Below, one piece after another: positions 43,981 to 52,286 of a stretch of 64,000 nucleotides of DNA. The position numbers and the translations under genes were made by a program. The stretch comes from a virus. Taxonomy: Duplodnaviria; Caudoviricetes. Position 1 is the stretch's first letter, and each line of letters begins with the position of its first letter. The notes under the pieces were generated by a model. That model was not told where the DNA came from, did not search any database, and worked only from the letters and a program-made list of their open reading frames with translations. The DNA lies in the IMG/VR virus record IMGVR_UViG_3300048851_000175, positions 84 through 64,083 of that record, one strand, 5' to 3'.

Positions 43981-45363
43981 ATGCCTTGGCTCAGAGGTGG
44001 GACCGTGTCCGTTACAAACGGATCGACTGCGGTGACAGGCACCAATGCCGCGTTCGACGCCAACGCCCGGGTAGGGGACGCCTTCGTCGGCCCCGACGGC
44101 CTGAACTACGAAATCACGAACGTGGCCAGCGCGACTGTGATCTCGATTTTGCCAGCCTACAAGGGTGTGACCGTTAGCGGCGCCGTATACGCCGTCATGC
44201 CGGTGCAGGGCTATCCAAAGCTACTGGTGGATGCCTTCAACCAGTTGCGCTTGCAGTTCGGCGACAAGATGGCGGCGCTGGGCACCACCGGGAACTACGA
44301 CATCCTGCCCGTTGCCAAGGGCGGTACCGGTGGGCAAAACCAAGCAGACGCAAGGACTGGCCTTGGCTTGGGCTCGGTTGCAATTGAAAGCACAGTGCCG
44401 ATTGCGAAAGGAGGGACCGGCGTTTCGGATGGGCGGGTAATATTTCCCGAAGTAGGGGTGCAGCAAGCTTCCGCGCGCTACAACAACCAAGGCCTTTACA
44501 TGGGCTGGAACTCGTCCAGCCAGGGGGAGGGGCATTTCATTGTCAACCGTGGCGGCGGGATTGGCGGGTTTACTTGGCGCTCCGTGAACGCGGCAAACAC
44601 CGCCACCGGCCCGTCAATGACTTACTCCTACGACGGCTTACTGACTGTGCCGACCTTGAGCGTAACCGGCGCGCCTATCGGTATAGCTTCGGGCGGTACT
44701 GGCGGCAACTCCCAGGCGACGGCGCGGACGGCATTGGGCCTTGGTGTTGCGCAGGCTCCGACACTCGCCTCTCTTGAGCTGGTTGCAGCATCACCGTACA
44801 TCGACTGGCATTACAACAATACCGCCGCTGACTACGATGTTCGGTTGATCAATGACAGCGCCGGCACCCTAACCCTGGCTGGGCGCTTCGGCTCAAGCGG
44901 AACCTGGTGCAGATCGGGTTTCAGCGGCCCGCGCGGCGGCACCGTCTACAACTTCAACTGGACCGGCTCGGCCATTGACGCCTACATCGATGCCACCTAC
45001 GTCGGGTCCGTTTCCCTGTTTACATCCGATTACCGAATCAAGAAATTTGTGAAGGACGCGGATGTGCATTCGTTTCTTGATCGCATCGATGCCTACCGCA
45101 TTGTCACGTTCCAGAAGAAGGTGTTCGGCGCCGTGTTCCGAGGCGACGGGACGACTTATCAGGGGCTGATCGCTCACGAAGCCCAGGAGGTCAACCCTCT
45201 TGCCGTAAGCGGCGAGAAGGACGGCACGGACGAAGCGGGCAACCCAGTTATCCAGCAGCTTGAGCCGATCGCCTTGATCACTGACCTAATGGGTGCGATC
45301 AAAGAGCTGCGCGCCGAAGTGAACGCGTTGAAGCTCGCCGCTCAGCCTTCCACTGCCGCGTAA
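43981..45363 (+). CDS. Side tail fibre with C-terminal S74 intramolecular chaperone
   Basis: Pseudomonas fibre N-terminus (MPWLRGGTVSVTNG), three P(V/I)A(K/S)GGTG repeats, SDYRIKK cleavage motif and terminal coiled coil. Confidence 0.88.
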   Translation: MPWLRGGTVSVTNGSTAVTGTNAAFDANARVGDAFVGPDGLNYEITNVASATVISILPAYKGVTVSGAVYAVMPVQGYPKLLVDAFNQLRLQFGDKMAALGTTGNYDILPVAKGGTGGQNQADARTGLGLGSVAIESTVPIAKGGTGVSDGRVIFPEVGVQQASARYNNQGLYMGWNSSSQGEGHFIVNRGGGIGGFTWRSVNAANTATGPSMTYSYDGLLTVPTLSVTGAPIGIASGGTGGNSQATARTALGLGVAQAPTLASLELVAASPYIDWHYNNTAADYDVRLINDSAGTLTLAGRFGSSGTWCRSGFSGPRGGTVYNFNWTGSAIDAYIDATYVGSVSLFTSDYRIKKFVKDADVHSFLDRIDAYRIVTFQKKVFGAVFRGDGTTYQGLIAHEAQEVNPLAVSGEKDGTDEAGNPVIQQLEPIALITDLMGAIKELRAEVNALKLAAQPSTAA

Positions 45364-45384
45364 ACGGCAACACCGCAGTACCGC

Positions 45385-45411
45385 AACCCGCCATCGAGCG
45401 GGATTTTTTTT
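45385..45411 (+). terminator. Terminator after the tail fibre
   Basis: AACCCGC-catcga-GCGGGATTTTTTTT. Confidence 0.65.
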
Positions 45412-45423
45412 GCCTGGAGAAAT

Positions 45424-45852
45424 GTGATGACCGTGACCGAACAAGATCGCGATGTGCTGGCGCGCACGCTGTGGGGTGAAGCACGCGGGGAAGGGCTGGC
45501 CGGGATGGTGGCCGTGGCATGGACCATCCGCAATCGCGTGGACGATGGGAAGGACAAGTCGTGGTGGGGCGAGGGTTACGCCGGCGTCTGCCAAAAGCCG
45601 TACCAGTTCAGCTGCTGGAACCGCAACGACCCGAACTATCAATTCTTGAGCGGCGCGCGACAGATCCCGTTCCGCGAGCTGGCGCAATGTCGGATTGCTG
45701 CTGACCAGGTGATTGACGGCAAGGTGGCGGATCCCACCGGCGGGGCAACGCACTACTACGCGACCACCATGCCGAAGGCGCCGGACTGGGCGGCCAAAGC
45801 AAAGCGGACCCTGAAGCTTGGCAACCACATTTTCTTCCGCGACGTGCCTTGA
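45424..45852 (+). CDS. Endolysin candidate, SleB/Hydrolase_2 cell-wall hydrolase
   Basis: LARTLWGEARGE, VAWTIRNRV, YQFSCWN, TGGATHYY, GNHIFF. Confidence 0.88.
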   Translation: MMTVTEQDRDVLARTLWGEARGEGLAGMVAVAWTIRNRVDDGKDKSWWGEGYAGVCQKPYQFSCWNRNDPNYQFLSGARQIPFRELAQCRIAADQVIDGKVADPTGGATHYYATTMPKAPDWAAKAKRTLKLGNHIFFRDVP

Positions 45853-45904
45853 TCGCGCCGATCACCAGGCTGCCCTCAGCACAGATTCAGATTAGGAGAA
45901 TAAG

Positions 45905-46120
45905 ATGCAATCTCAACAATACATCGCGCCGGCGAGCCTGGCGCCGGTGACACTTGCCGTTAAAGCAAACGGCGGAAGCGTGAAGGTTGAAAAACAGGTG
46001 GGTGTCGACTGGGTTGTATCTGATGTGTTCGCGCAGGACGGCGCCTGGCGTCTCGATCTTGGGTATTCGCAAACACGCTTTACGCCAGTTGGCGGCGCCG
46101 TATTTGAGATTTCGTCATGA
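45905..46120 (+). CDS. Small beta-rich protein coupled to the SGNH gene
   Basis: AGGAG SD; ATGA overlap with 46117. Confidence 0.65.
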   Translation: MQSQQYIAPASLAPVTLAVKANGGSVKVEKQVGVDWVVSDVFAQDGAWRLDLGYSQTRFTPVGGAVFEISS

Positions 46121-47361
46121 GTCTGCTCATCAGCACTGCGGTGCCTCGTCGCCGCATCCGTCGTGGTCTCGGACTGTTGGGCGACAGCTTCAGCGCGAAC
46201 AGCCACACCATTGCTGCCACTGCTTTCGGTACTGAGGCGTATGGCCCCGCCGGCGCGATCGCCGCGAAGACTGGCCTCTTTCCCAGCTACTTGGACAATC
46301 AGGGAAAGGTTGGCGACCACTCCGGCCAGTTCATGCCGAGGCTTCCGTCCTGTCTGACGTCACTCACGGCGGATCTGTGGCTGCTGCTTTCACGCACCAA
46401 CGACAGCACCACGCCCGGTATGACGCTCGCTGACAGCAAGGCGAACGTGATGAAGGCAATCACCGCTTTCCAGAACACGCCCGGTAAGTACCTGATTATC
46501 GGAACGGGCACGCCGCGGTTCGGCACCAAGGCGCTGGCCGGTCAGCCCTTGGCGGATGCAATCGCGTACAAGGATTGGGTGTTGACCTACGTCCGACAGT
46601 TTGTGCCAGTGGTCAATATCTGGGACGGGTTCACCCAGGACATGACCGTCGATGATCTGCATCCGAATCTGATCGGCGCCGACTTCATCCAGTCCCGATG
46701 CGTACCGGTCATCAACGCCAATTTCGAGTTCTTCGGCGTGCCGCTGCCCACGGATGCCGCCGATCTGTACTCGGCGATTCGCCCGTTCGGCTGTCTGAAC
46801 GCCAACCCGCTGATGGCTGGCTCAACCGGCGTGATCAACGCGTCGGTCAATCCTGTCGCTGGATCGGTGTTGGCGGACAACTACAAAGCATCCGGCTCAG
46901 GCCTAAACGGCATCACCACTCGCTGGTACAAAGAGCCGGCGGCATTCGGCGAGGCGCAGTGCATCGAGTTGGCCGGGTCCATGGCGGCGGCCGGTGGGTA
47001 CATCTATCTTCAGCCGGCGGCGAACGTGACGCTATCGAATCTGCTGGCAGGGGACGTCATCGAGATGGTTTCAGCTCCGGAGATCGTCGGCAACGGCCGG
47101 GGCATCCTCGGCTGGGAGGCTGAGCTGATCATCACCAAGCCGGTAGCCAGTACGTCCACCACGATCTATTACCGCTCGATGGACAAGTATCAGGAGCCAT
47201 TCACCTTGCCAGCTAACTGGAAAGGGGCGCTGGAGACCCAGCGCTACCCGTGTGATGTCACTGAAACGGTCGTCACCGCCAGAATGGGCCTCTATCTGGC
47301 CGCTGGCGTTGCTCAAGAGTCGAGGGTAAAGGTCGCTCAGTTCGGGCTACGCAAGGTTTGA
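46117..47361 (+). CDS. SGNH/GDSL hydrolase with C-terminal beta-sandwich region
   Basis: Block I LGDSFS, block III SRTND, block V DDLHPN. Confidence 0.85.
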   Translation: MSLLISTAVPRRRIRRGLGLLGDSFSANSHTIAATAFGTEAYGPAGAIAAKTGLFPSYLDNQGKVGDHSGQFMPRLPSCLTSLTADLWLLLSRTNDSTTPGMTLADSKANVMKAITAFQNTPGKYLIIGTGTPRFGTKALAGQPLADAIAYKDWVLTYVRQFVPVVNIWDGFTQDMTVDDLHPNLIGADFIQSRCVPVINANFEFFGVPLPTDAADLYSAIRPFGCLNANPLMAGSTGVINASVNPVAGSVLADNYKASGSGLNGITTRWYKEPAAFGEAQCIELAGSMAAAGGYIYLQPAANVTLSNLLAGDVIEMVSAPEIVGNGRGILGWEAELIITKPVASTSTTIYYRSMDKYQEPFTLPANWKGALETQRYPCDVTETVVTARMGLYLAAGVAQESRVKVAQFGLRKV

Positions 47362-47389
47362 TCTTGCGTATCCCGATTCCCAAGCGACT

Positions 47390-47524
47390 TTAGTAGCAGC
47401 CGGGTTGATTTGGAGGCGTCGCGTTACAGGGGATCGTCCCTTTTGTATTTTTCTGGGTGAAGTGACCACATCCGGAAAGCACTGATATCGCAATCACCAT
47501 TAAAGCCACACGCTTGAGATTCAT
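47390..47524 (-). CDS. 44-aa lipoprotein (not in the ORF track)
   Basis: MNLKRVALMVIAISVLSGCGHFTQKNTKGTIPCNATPPNQPGCY*; GAGGA SD 7 nt upstream; lipobox LSGC. Confidence 0.7.
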   Translation of the reverse strand: MNLKRVALMVIAISVLSGCGHFTQKNTKGTIPCNATPPNQPGCY

Positions 47525-47680
47525 CTACGCTTCCTCGGTAAAGTTGATCCGCATCGTAGCCTATGCCAGACCGGCCCGCAGCGTTCGGTGTTCATCTGTC
47601 GTTTGCGCGCGATCAACAACCGGGCTGTATCTCTTGGTCAGACCGCTCAACCGCGTGTTGAAGCCGGACGTGATCGTTCT

Positions 47681-48334
47681 TCAGTTGACCGCCAGATGTA
47701 CTGCCGACGGTGTGACCGACTTGACTTGAGCCATGTAACGGGTCCACTCGCGATTGATCTCTTTGTACGGCATGAAGATGCTGACTCGGGGCTGATTGGC
47801 CAGATCCGGCCGCTTGATATTGGCCAGGTCGCTTGAGGTCAGCAACGCCACGGTGATCCCCACCACCTTGCCATCTGCGGCGAATACCGGACCGCCCGAC
47901 ATGCCCTTGGCCACCGGGCCATCATGGGTGCCGTACATCACGTTGCCTTCTCTTGCGTCCAGGCGAACCATCGCCGGCAGCGCATGGCCTGTGCCTTTCA
48001 CCGACATGTAAGCGGAGTTGTAGCCCACGGAGGTGAGCTCTTCCCCCGGCTGGTATGAACGCCACATCGGAACGGAATCGGCCTTGTGCTTGAAGAACTG
48101 CACGTCGCCTTGCCCCTGAAATACAGCGCCCGAGATATAAGGGATGTGCTTGACGGTCACCGCATAATCTTCGTTCCACTGGATCGCGGTGCCCATCAAC
48201 AGATAGGGCAACGGCGCGCCGGAGTGGACGACGAAAGCTTGGTTAAAGACAGGATCGTGGGTGAAAGCGGTGGGCATTCCGTTGCACCCGCTGATCAGCA
48301 CTGAGGCTGCAACAAGTGACTTAAGAGGGCGCAT
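47681..48334 (-). CDS. Trypsin-like serine protease lipoprotein
   Basis: Lipobox ISGC; TVKH (His), GDV (Asp?) and GMSGGPVF (Ser). ORF-track start is 48367. Confidence 0.8.
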   Translation of the reverse strand: MRPLKSLVAASVLISGCNGMPTAFTHDPVFNQAFVVHSGAPLPYLLMGTAIQWNEDYAVTVKHIPYISGAVFQGQGDVQFFKHKADSVPMWRSYQPGEELTSVGYNSAYMSVKGTGHALPAMVRLDAREGNVMYGTHDGPVAKGMSGGPVFAADGKVVGITVALLTSSDLANIKRPDLANQPRVSIFMPYKEINREWTRYMAQVKSVTPSAVHLAVN

Positions 48335-48555
48335 GTTTATCCGGGGTATGGTTTGGGGCAACGTCAATATGTCATTGCGCCATCACCCCTACAATGGCGT
48401 TGACCTACCGTCGGTCTGAAGTTGATAAATCCAATTAATTGGATCCAGGTCCGCACCGCCACATCCAGAACTATCTGGCAAACTTATTTGTAACTATGCA
48501 CGGCCACCCTAATTCGGGAGATTCACGCGCAGACGCAAAGATCAGGTTGTGCAGA

Positions 48556-48858
48556 TCAGTCGATCGCGATCAGCTCGAAACTGCGCCCGTCCAAGCACTC
48601 CAGCACATCATCCACAAACCGGCCAAGCATCTTGTGTGGGTTTCCGTTCTGAGTATGGACAGGGACGCGGCCTATGAAATGGCCCATCGGGTTGACGTGA
48701 CCAAGGATGGTTGACCTATCCAAGCCGTAAAAACAGAAGTCGAAAAAATGCCCATGCTCGAAAGTGGAGGAACCCCTTTGACGCAGGCGATAGATCTTCC
48801 CCATTTGCATCTTTCTACTCATAGCGCCGACATGCTGCGAAAAAAGGAGACTACTCAA
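48556..48858 (-). CDS. Hypothetical protein
   Basis: Plausible globular ~82-100 aa ORF in the moron block. Confidence 0.45.
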   Translation of the reverse strand: MSSLLFSQHVGAMSRKMQMGKIYRLRQRGSSTFEHGHFFDFCFYGLDRSTILGHVNPMGHFIGRVPVHTQNGNPHKMLGRFVDDVLECLDGRSFELIAID

Positions 48859-49117
48859 AACACTTTAAGCTCACAGTAAGCTCATTGCCCTTTCTGATCT
48901 CAGACTACGTCACTGCGATTCATCCCAGCCGCCTGACTTTTCACGCATCGAGCAAGGGGGGCGTGCATATTATTATTCATTAGAAAAGGTAGGAAGAACC
49001 GGTCATCCGTTTGAGTGATTTTTAGTGTACAGCCACGTTTGAATGCGCTCGAACCTGCGTTACCGAGCCGCTTGGTCCCGCCAGGTTCAGCGGGCAGATG
49101 AAACTTTTTAGTGACAC

Positions 49118-49266
49118 AAAAAGAGCGGCCAACAGGATGCGTCAACATCCCGCTGGCCACCGAACCGCAGACTATCCCTGCAAGTCCAGCCAAGGCTCCC
49201 GCTCTGTGCACAAAGCGCGGCGAGCCTGGCACCTGTTTATCCATACAGTAAAGGCTTGCAAAAATG
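49118..49266 (+). ncRNA. Structured 5' leader, copy B (before the Dam-like methylase)
   Basis: Homologous to 20418-20559, with compensatory changes in stems. Confidence 0.6.
49233..49248. promoter_or_regulatory. LexA-box-like site inside leader B
   Basis: CTGT-TTATCCAT-ACAG, 15 nt before the methylase ATG. Confidence 0.65.
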
Positions 49267-50034
49267 ACCAACCCGATTGTTCCTTGGATGGGCGGCAAAC
49301 GCCGCCTTGCAAAACCCCTGCTCGCGCTGTTTCCAGCGCATGACTGCTACGTTGAAGTGTTCGCCGGCGGCGCAGCGCTTTACTTTAAAAGGCCGGAGCC
49401 TGCAAAGGTCGAGGTCCTGAACGACATCAATGGTGAGTTGATCAGCCTGTACCGGGTTGTGCAAAACCACCTTGAAGAATTTGTTCGCCAGTTCAAGTGG
49501 GCGCTCAGCTCACGTCAGATTTTCGAATGGCAGAAGATGACCCGGCCGGAAACATTGACCGACATCCAGCGTGCGGCACGGTTCTTCTACCTGCAGCACC
49601 ACGCCTTCGGCGCCAAGGCGACTGGACAAACATTTGGGACGGCCACCACTGGGCGCCCGATCAACCTGCTGCGCATTGAAGAAACGCTCTCTAATGCGTG
49701 GCAGCGCCTTGCCGGCACCTATGTGGAGAACTTGCCCTGGCTGAAATGCGCCGAGAAATATGATCGCCCGCACACGTTTCACTATATGGACCCGCCGTAC
49801 TGGCAAACGCAGGGGTACGGAGCAGAGTTCGGGATGGGTGAATATCAGGCGATGGCTGATTTCATGCGCCGGTGCCAAGGGAAGGTAATGGTCAGCATCA
49901 ACGACCACCCGGCCATCCGTCGGGTTTTCGACGGGTTTAGGATGAAAGAGTTGAGTATCCGGTACAGCAACGCTAATCACAGGACCGCCAAAGCTGCGGT
50001 TACAGGTGAGCTGGCGATCATGAACTGGAAGTAG
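49264..50034 (+). CDS. D12-class (Dam-like) N6-adenine DNA methyltransferase, orphan
   Basis: PWMGGKRRL, YVEVFAGG, VLNDING, YMDPPY. Confidence 0.93.
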   Translation: MTNPIVPWMGGKRRLAKPLLALFPAHDCYVEVFAGGAALYFKRPEPAKVEVLNDINGELISLYRVVQNHLEEFVRQFKWALSSRQIFEWQKMTRPETLTDIQRAARFFYLQHHAFGAKATGQTFGTATTGRPINLLRIEETLSNAWQRLAGTYVENLPWLKCAEKYDRPHTFHYMDPPYWQTQGYGAEFGMGEYQAMADFMRRCQGKVMVSINDHPAIRRVFDGFRMKELSIRYSNANHRTAKAAVTGELAIMNWK

Positions 50035-50035
50035 G

Positions 50036-50728
50036 CTATGAGGGCTTTATCAGGTGTCCCCCCTGATTCTGCACATTCCCGACATCCTTGCTCACCTCAA
50101 ACCAGGTGAATTCCTCAGTCGGCCTGCAGCACTCCTTTGCGATCTCGGCGGCGCGCTCTGGCGTCGTTTCGGGATCCACCCATTCCCGGGCGTGCTCTGG
50201 GCTCAGCACCACCGGCCGGCGATCGTGAATGTCGACCATGCCTTGATCGCTGTCGGCGGTGATGATCACAAAACCGTCCTGCGGGTCCGGCTCAAGCCCC
50301 TGATGCACCTCCGCCAGCGCGGCGAAGAACATCGGGCCTTCCTCTTTCAGCCTGATGAAGTAGGGCTGTTTCTTCTTCGCATCGTTGGGATCCTTCACCC
50401 ATTCAAACCAGCCGTTGGCCGGAGCCAGGACCCGCCCGTTCGGCCACAGCTGCGTGAAGTACTTCCTCGTCATCACCGTCTCGACTCTGGCATTTATCGG
50501 AGCGGGGCGCTTCCCTTCACCCTTCGCCCAAAATGGCGACCATCCCCACCGCACCTTGTCTACGCTCAGCCCTTCCTCGGTCGGTCTGATGATCTCGACG
50601 CGAGTCGTCGGCGCAACGTTGTAGCGCTCGATTGGCCAGAGGTCGTATCCATTGATGACCAACTGCTCTGGCGCCAGCGTCTTAAGGTAGTGGTCCATTG
50701 GCTCGTAGACCGAGTAGCGTCCGCACAT
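50036..50728 (-). CDS. SOS response-associated peptidase (SRAP / YedK / HMCES abasic-site protector)
   Basis: MCGRY N-terminus, YNVAPT, INARVET, GWFEW, IHDRRPV, VGNV.N.G. Confidence 0.93.
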   Translation of the reverse strand: MCGRYSVYEPMDHYLKTLAPEQLVINGYDLWPIERYNVAPTTRVEIIRPTEEGLSVDKVRWGWSPFWAKGEGKRPAPINARVETVMTRKYFTQLWPNGRVLAPANGWFEWVKDPNDAKKKQPYFIRLKEEGPMFFAALAEVHQGLEPDPQDGFVIITADSDQGMVDIHDRRPVVLSPEHAREWVDPETTPERAAEIAKECCRPTEEFTWFEVSKDVGNVQNQGGHLIKPS

Positions 50729-50788
50729 AAGGTCACCTGTCGCAAATTGGCTTATACAGTGTTGACCGCAATTGCAGCGCTTAGTTAA

Positions 50789-50804
50789 CTGTACGCATAT
50801 ACAG
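50789..50804. promoter_or_regulatory. LexA (SOS) box in the divergent SRAP / umuD-like promoter region
   Basis: CTGT-ACGCATAT-ACAG. Confidence 0.85.
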
Positions 50805-50826
50805 TATAAACAAGCGAATCATTCCC

Positions 50827-51123
50827 ATGTACGTCCTTATCACTCCACGTCGCCAGATGGGCGTTGCGGTCCCGAAAGATCAGCTCAGCCGGATCCCTCC
50901 GCTCAGAGGTGACGTGCAGATCGTTGAATCTCAGTGCCCTGCGCTTGGCCGCATTACCCGGGAAGCCTTCATCTTGAACAGCGTTAGCCACGCGCGAGAT
51001 GCTTTACCCCGGCTGCTGGATGCAAGCGTGACGAGCATGGGTACCCAGGGACTTATTATCTCCGGCATCGAGCAGGTGGAGGAGGCGTTCTACTTCCAGT
51101 CGTGGTGGTGCCGCTTTGAATGA
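50827..51123 (+). CDS. SOS-regulated hypothetical protein
   Basis: Directly after the SOS box; ends QSWWCRFE; overlaps the next gene. Confidence 0.7.
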   Translation: MYVLITPRRQMGVAVPKDQLSRIPPLRGDVQIVESQCPALGRITREAFILNSVSHARDALPRLLDASVTSMGTQGLIISGIEQVEEAFYFQSWWCRFE

Positions 51124-51466
51124 CGACTCGGTTACCGACCACCTCGACATTTCGCTCGATCAGTTCCTGAACATCCGCGCGCCTGGCACTTACCTGGTGA
51201 AAGTCGAGGGCGACAGTATGGAGGGGGCGGACATCTTCTGTGGTGATCTGCTGATCGTCGACAAGGGACTCAGCCCTAAAGCAGGTCAGGTCATCATCGG
51301 CGTCGTCAACCAGCAACCGTTGGTGAAGTATCTCGCGTTTGTGGGACGTCAGACGCTGCTGCGGTCGGCTAACCGCAAATATCCCGACCGCTTCATCATG
51401 GAAGGGGATGACTTCGATATCTGGGGCGTCGTTACTCACAGCATTCGGGATCACTGGAGGAATTGA
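51116..51466 (+). CDS. UmuD-like S24 peptidase domain (no umuC partner)
   Basis: ISLDQFL, VEGDSM (Ser), GDLLIVD, LVK (Lys), WGVVTHSI. Confidence 0.82.
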   Translation: MNDDSVTDHLDISLDQFLNIRAPGTYLVKVEGDSMEGADIFCGDLLIVDKGLSPKAGQVIIGVVNQQPLVKYLAFVGRQTLLRSANRKYPDRFIMEGDDFDIWGVVTHSIRDHWRN

Positions 51467-51660
51467 ACATGGACGTCAAAGACCGCGAAACGGAAATCCG
51501 GCACGACGTTGTCGTAATTGCGCCGGAGCGTCAGTGCGCTATTGATCGCTGGGGCAGCCATGCTGAGGCTTTACACCGAGTCGGGCTCATTGATGGGGAG
51601 GAGTTGCGAGAGATCCTCCGATACGCGGACGCGGCGTACGGGGAATATGTGAAGGTGTAG
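51463..51660 (+). CDS. Small hypothetical protein
   Basis: TTGA/ATG coupling to the previous gene; 65 aa. Confidence 0.5.
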   Translation: MNMDVKDRETEIRHDVVVIAPERQCAIDRWGSHAEALHRVGLIDGEELREILRYADAAYGEYVKV

Positions 51661-51842
51661 GGGAAACTGACCGGTTCAAGGCTCGGTGATCCGAGGGGAT
51701 TTTGGGATTGGCAGAATGCCGCAGATTGTTGCGCAGAGGGCCGTGATGCGCGACGCGGATAGCCGCCTTTCGCTGTGCATAACTTCTGCCTCAGCCTAAG
51801 CGCACAATTATTTGTACGTGCAATTGTACGTACGCCACAAAA

Positions 51843-51877
51843 ACAAAGGGCCCGCATTTCTGCGAGCCCTTGTTTTG
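51843..51877 (-). terminator. Terminator downstream of the tRNA-Thr fragment
   Basis: AAAACAAGGGCTCGCAGAAATGCGGGCCCTTTGTTTT on the minus strand. Confidence 0.65.
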
Positions 51878-51880
51878 TAT

Positions 51881-51935
51881 GGTGCCGGCACCAGGAGTCG
51901 AACCCGGGACCTACTGATTACAAGTTAGTTGCTCG
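51881..51935 (-). other. 3' 55 nt of tRNA-Thr(TGT): att-core-like fragment, not a full tRNA
   Basis: Minus strand GAGCAACTAACTTGTAATCAGTAGGTCCCGGGTTCGACTCCTGGTGCCGGCACCA; 5' acceptor and D-arm start missing. Confidence 0.85.
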
Positions 51936-52286
51936 CGTCTAGCTCGTCGTTGGTTGCCACTGCTTGATGCACAGGTACCAAAAGCCGTTCACGCTTCAGG
52001 CGAACTTAGGGCTCGCTGGCCCCTCAGCGCTGTAGTTCGACGCGACCGAGTCGGTGATCAATTGGAGGGTGGGTTTGTACCTGGCTGCTGGCATCGCGCT
52101 TGATTCAAGCGGGACCGCCATACGCATGTACTTCGCAAGGGGGGGTGAAGATCCAAGGCACTCGGCCGGCGCTATTGTGGCGCCGCTCATCAAGATGGAA
52201 TGCGGACGTGATGGTATTGAATTACTCTTCCAGGCTTGACGGTCCACTGTGCCGGCATTCCAACGCTGGCACCAATAAGGACTGAT

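Noticed and set aside
42797-45363. Invertible tail-fibre cassette or diversity-generating retroelement
   Set aside because: No inverted repeats, alternative fibre ends, invertase, reverse transcriptase or TR/VR pair seen.
49118-49266. Naming leader B as the Rfam D12-methyl RNA motif
   Set aside because: The gene association is suggestive, but I cannot compare structures without running Infernal; no assignment made.
51881-51935. Functional phage-encoded tRNA-Thr
   Set aside because: The 5' ~21 nt are absent and a cloverleaf cannot be completed.
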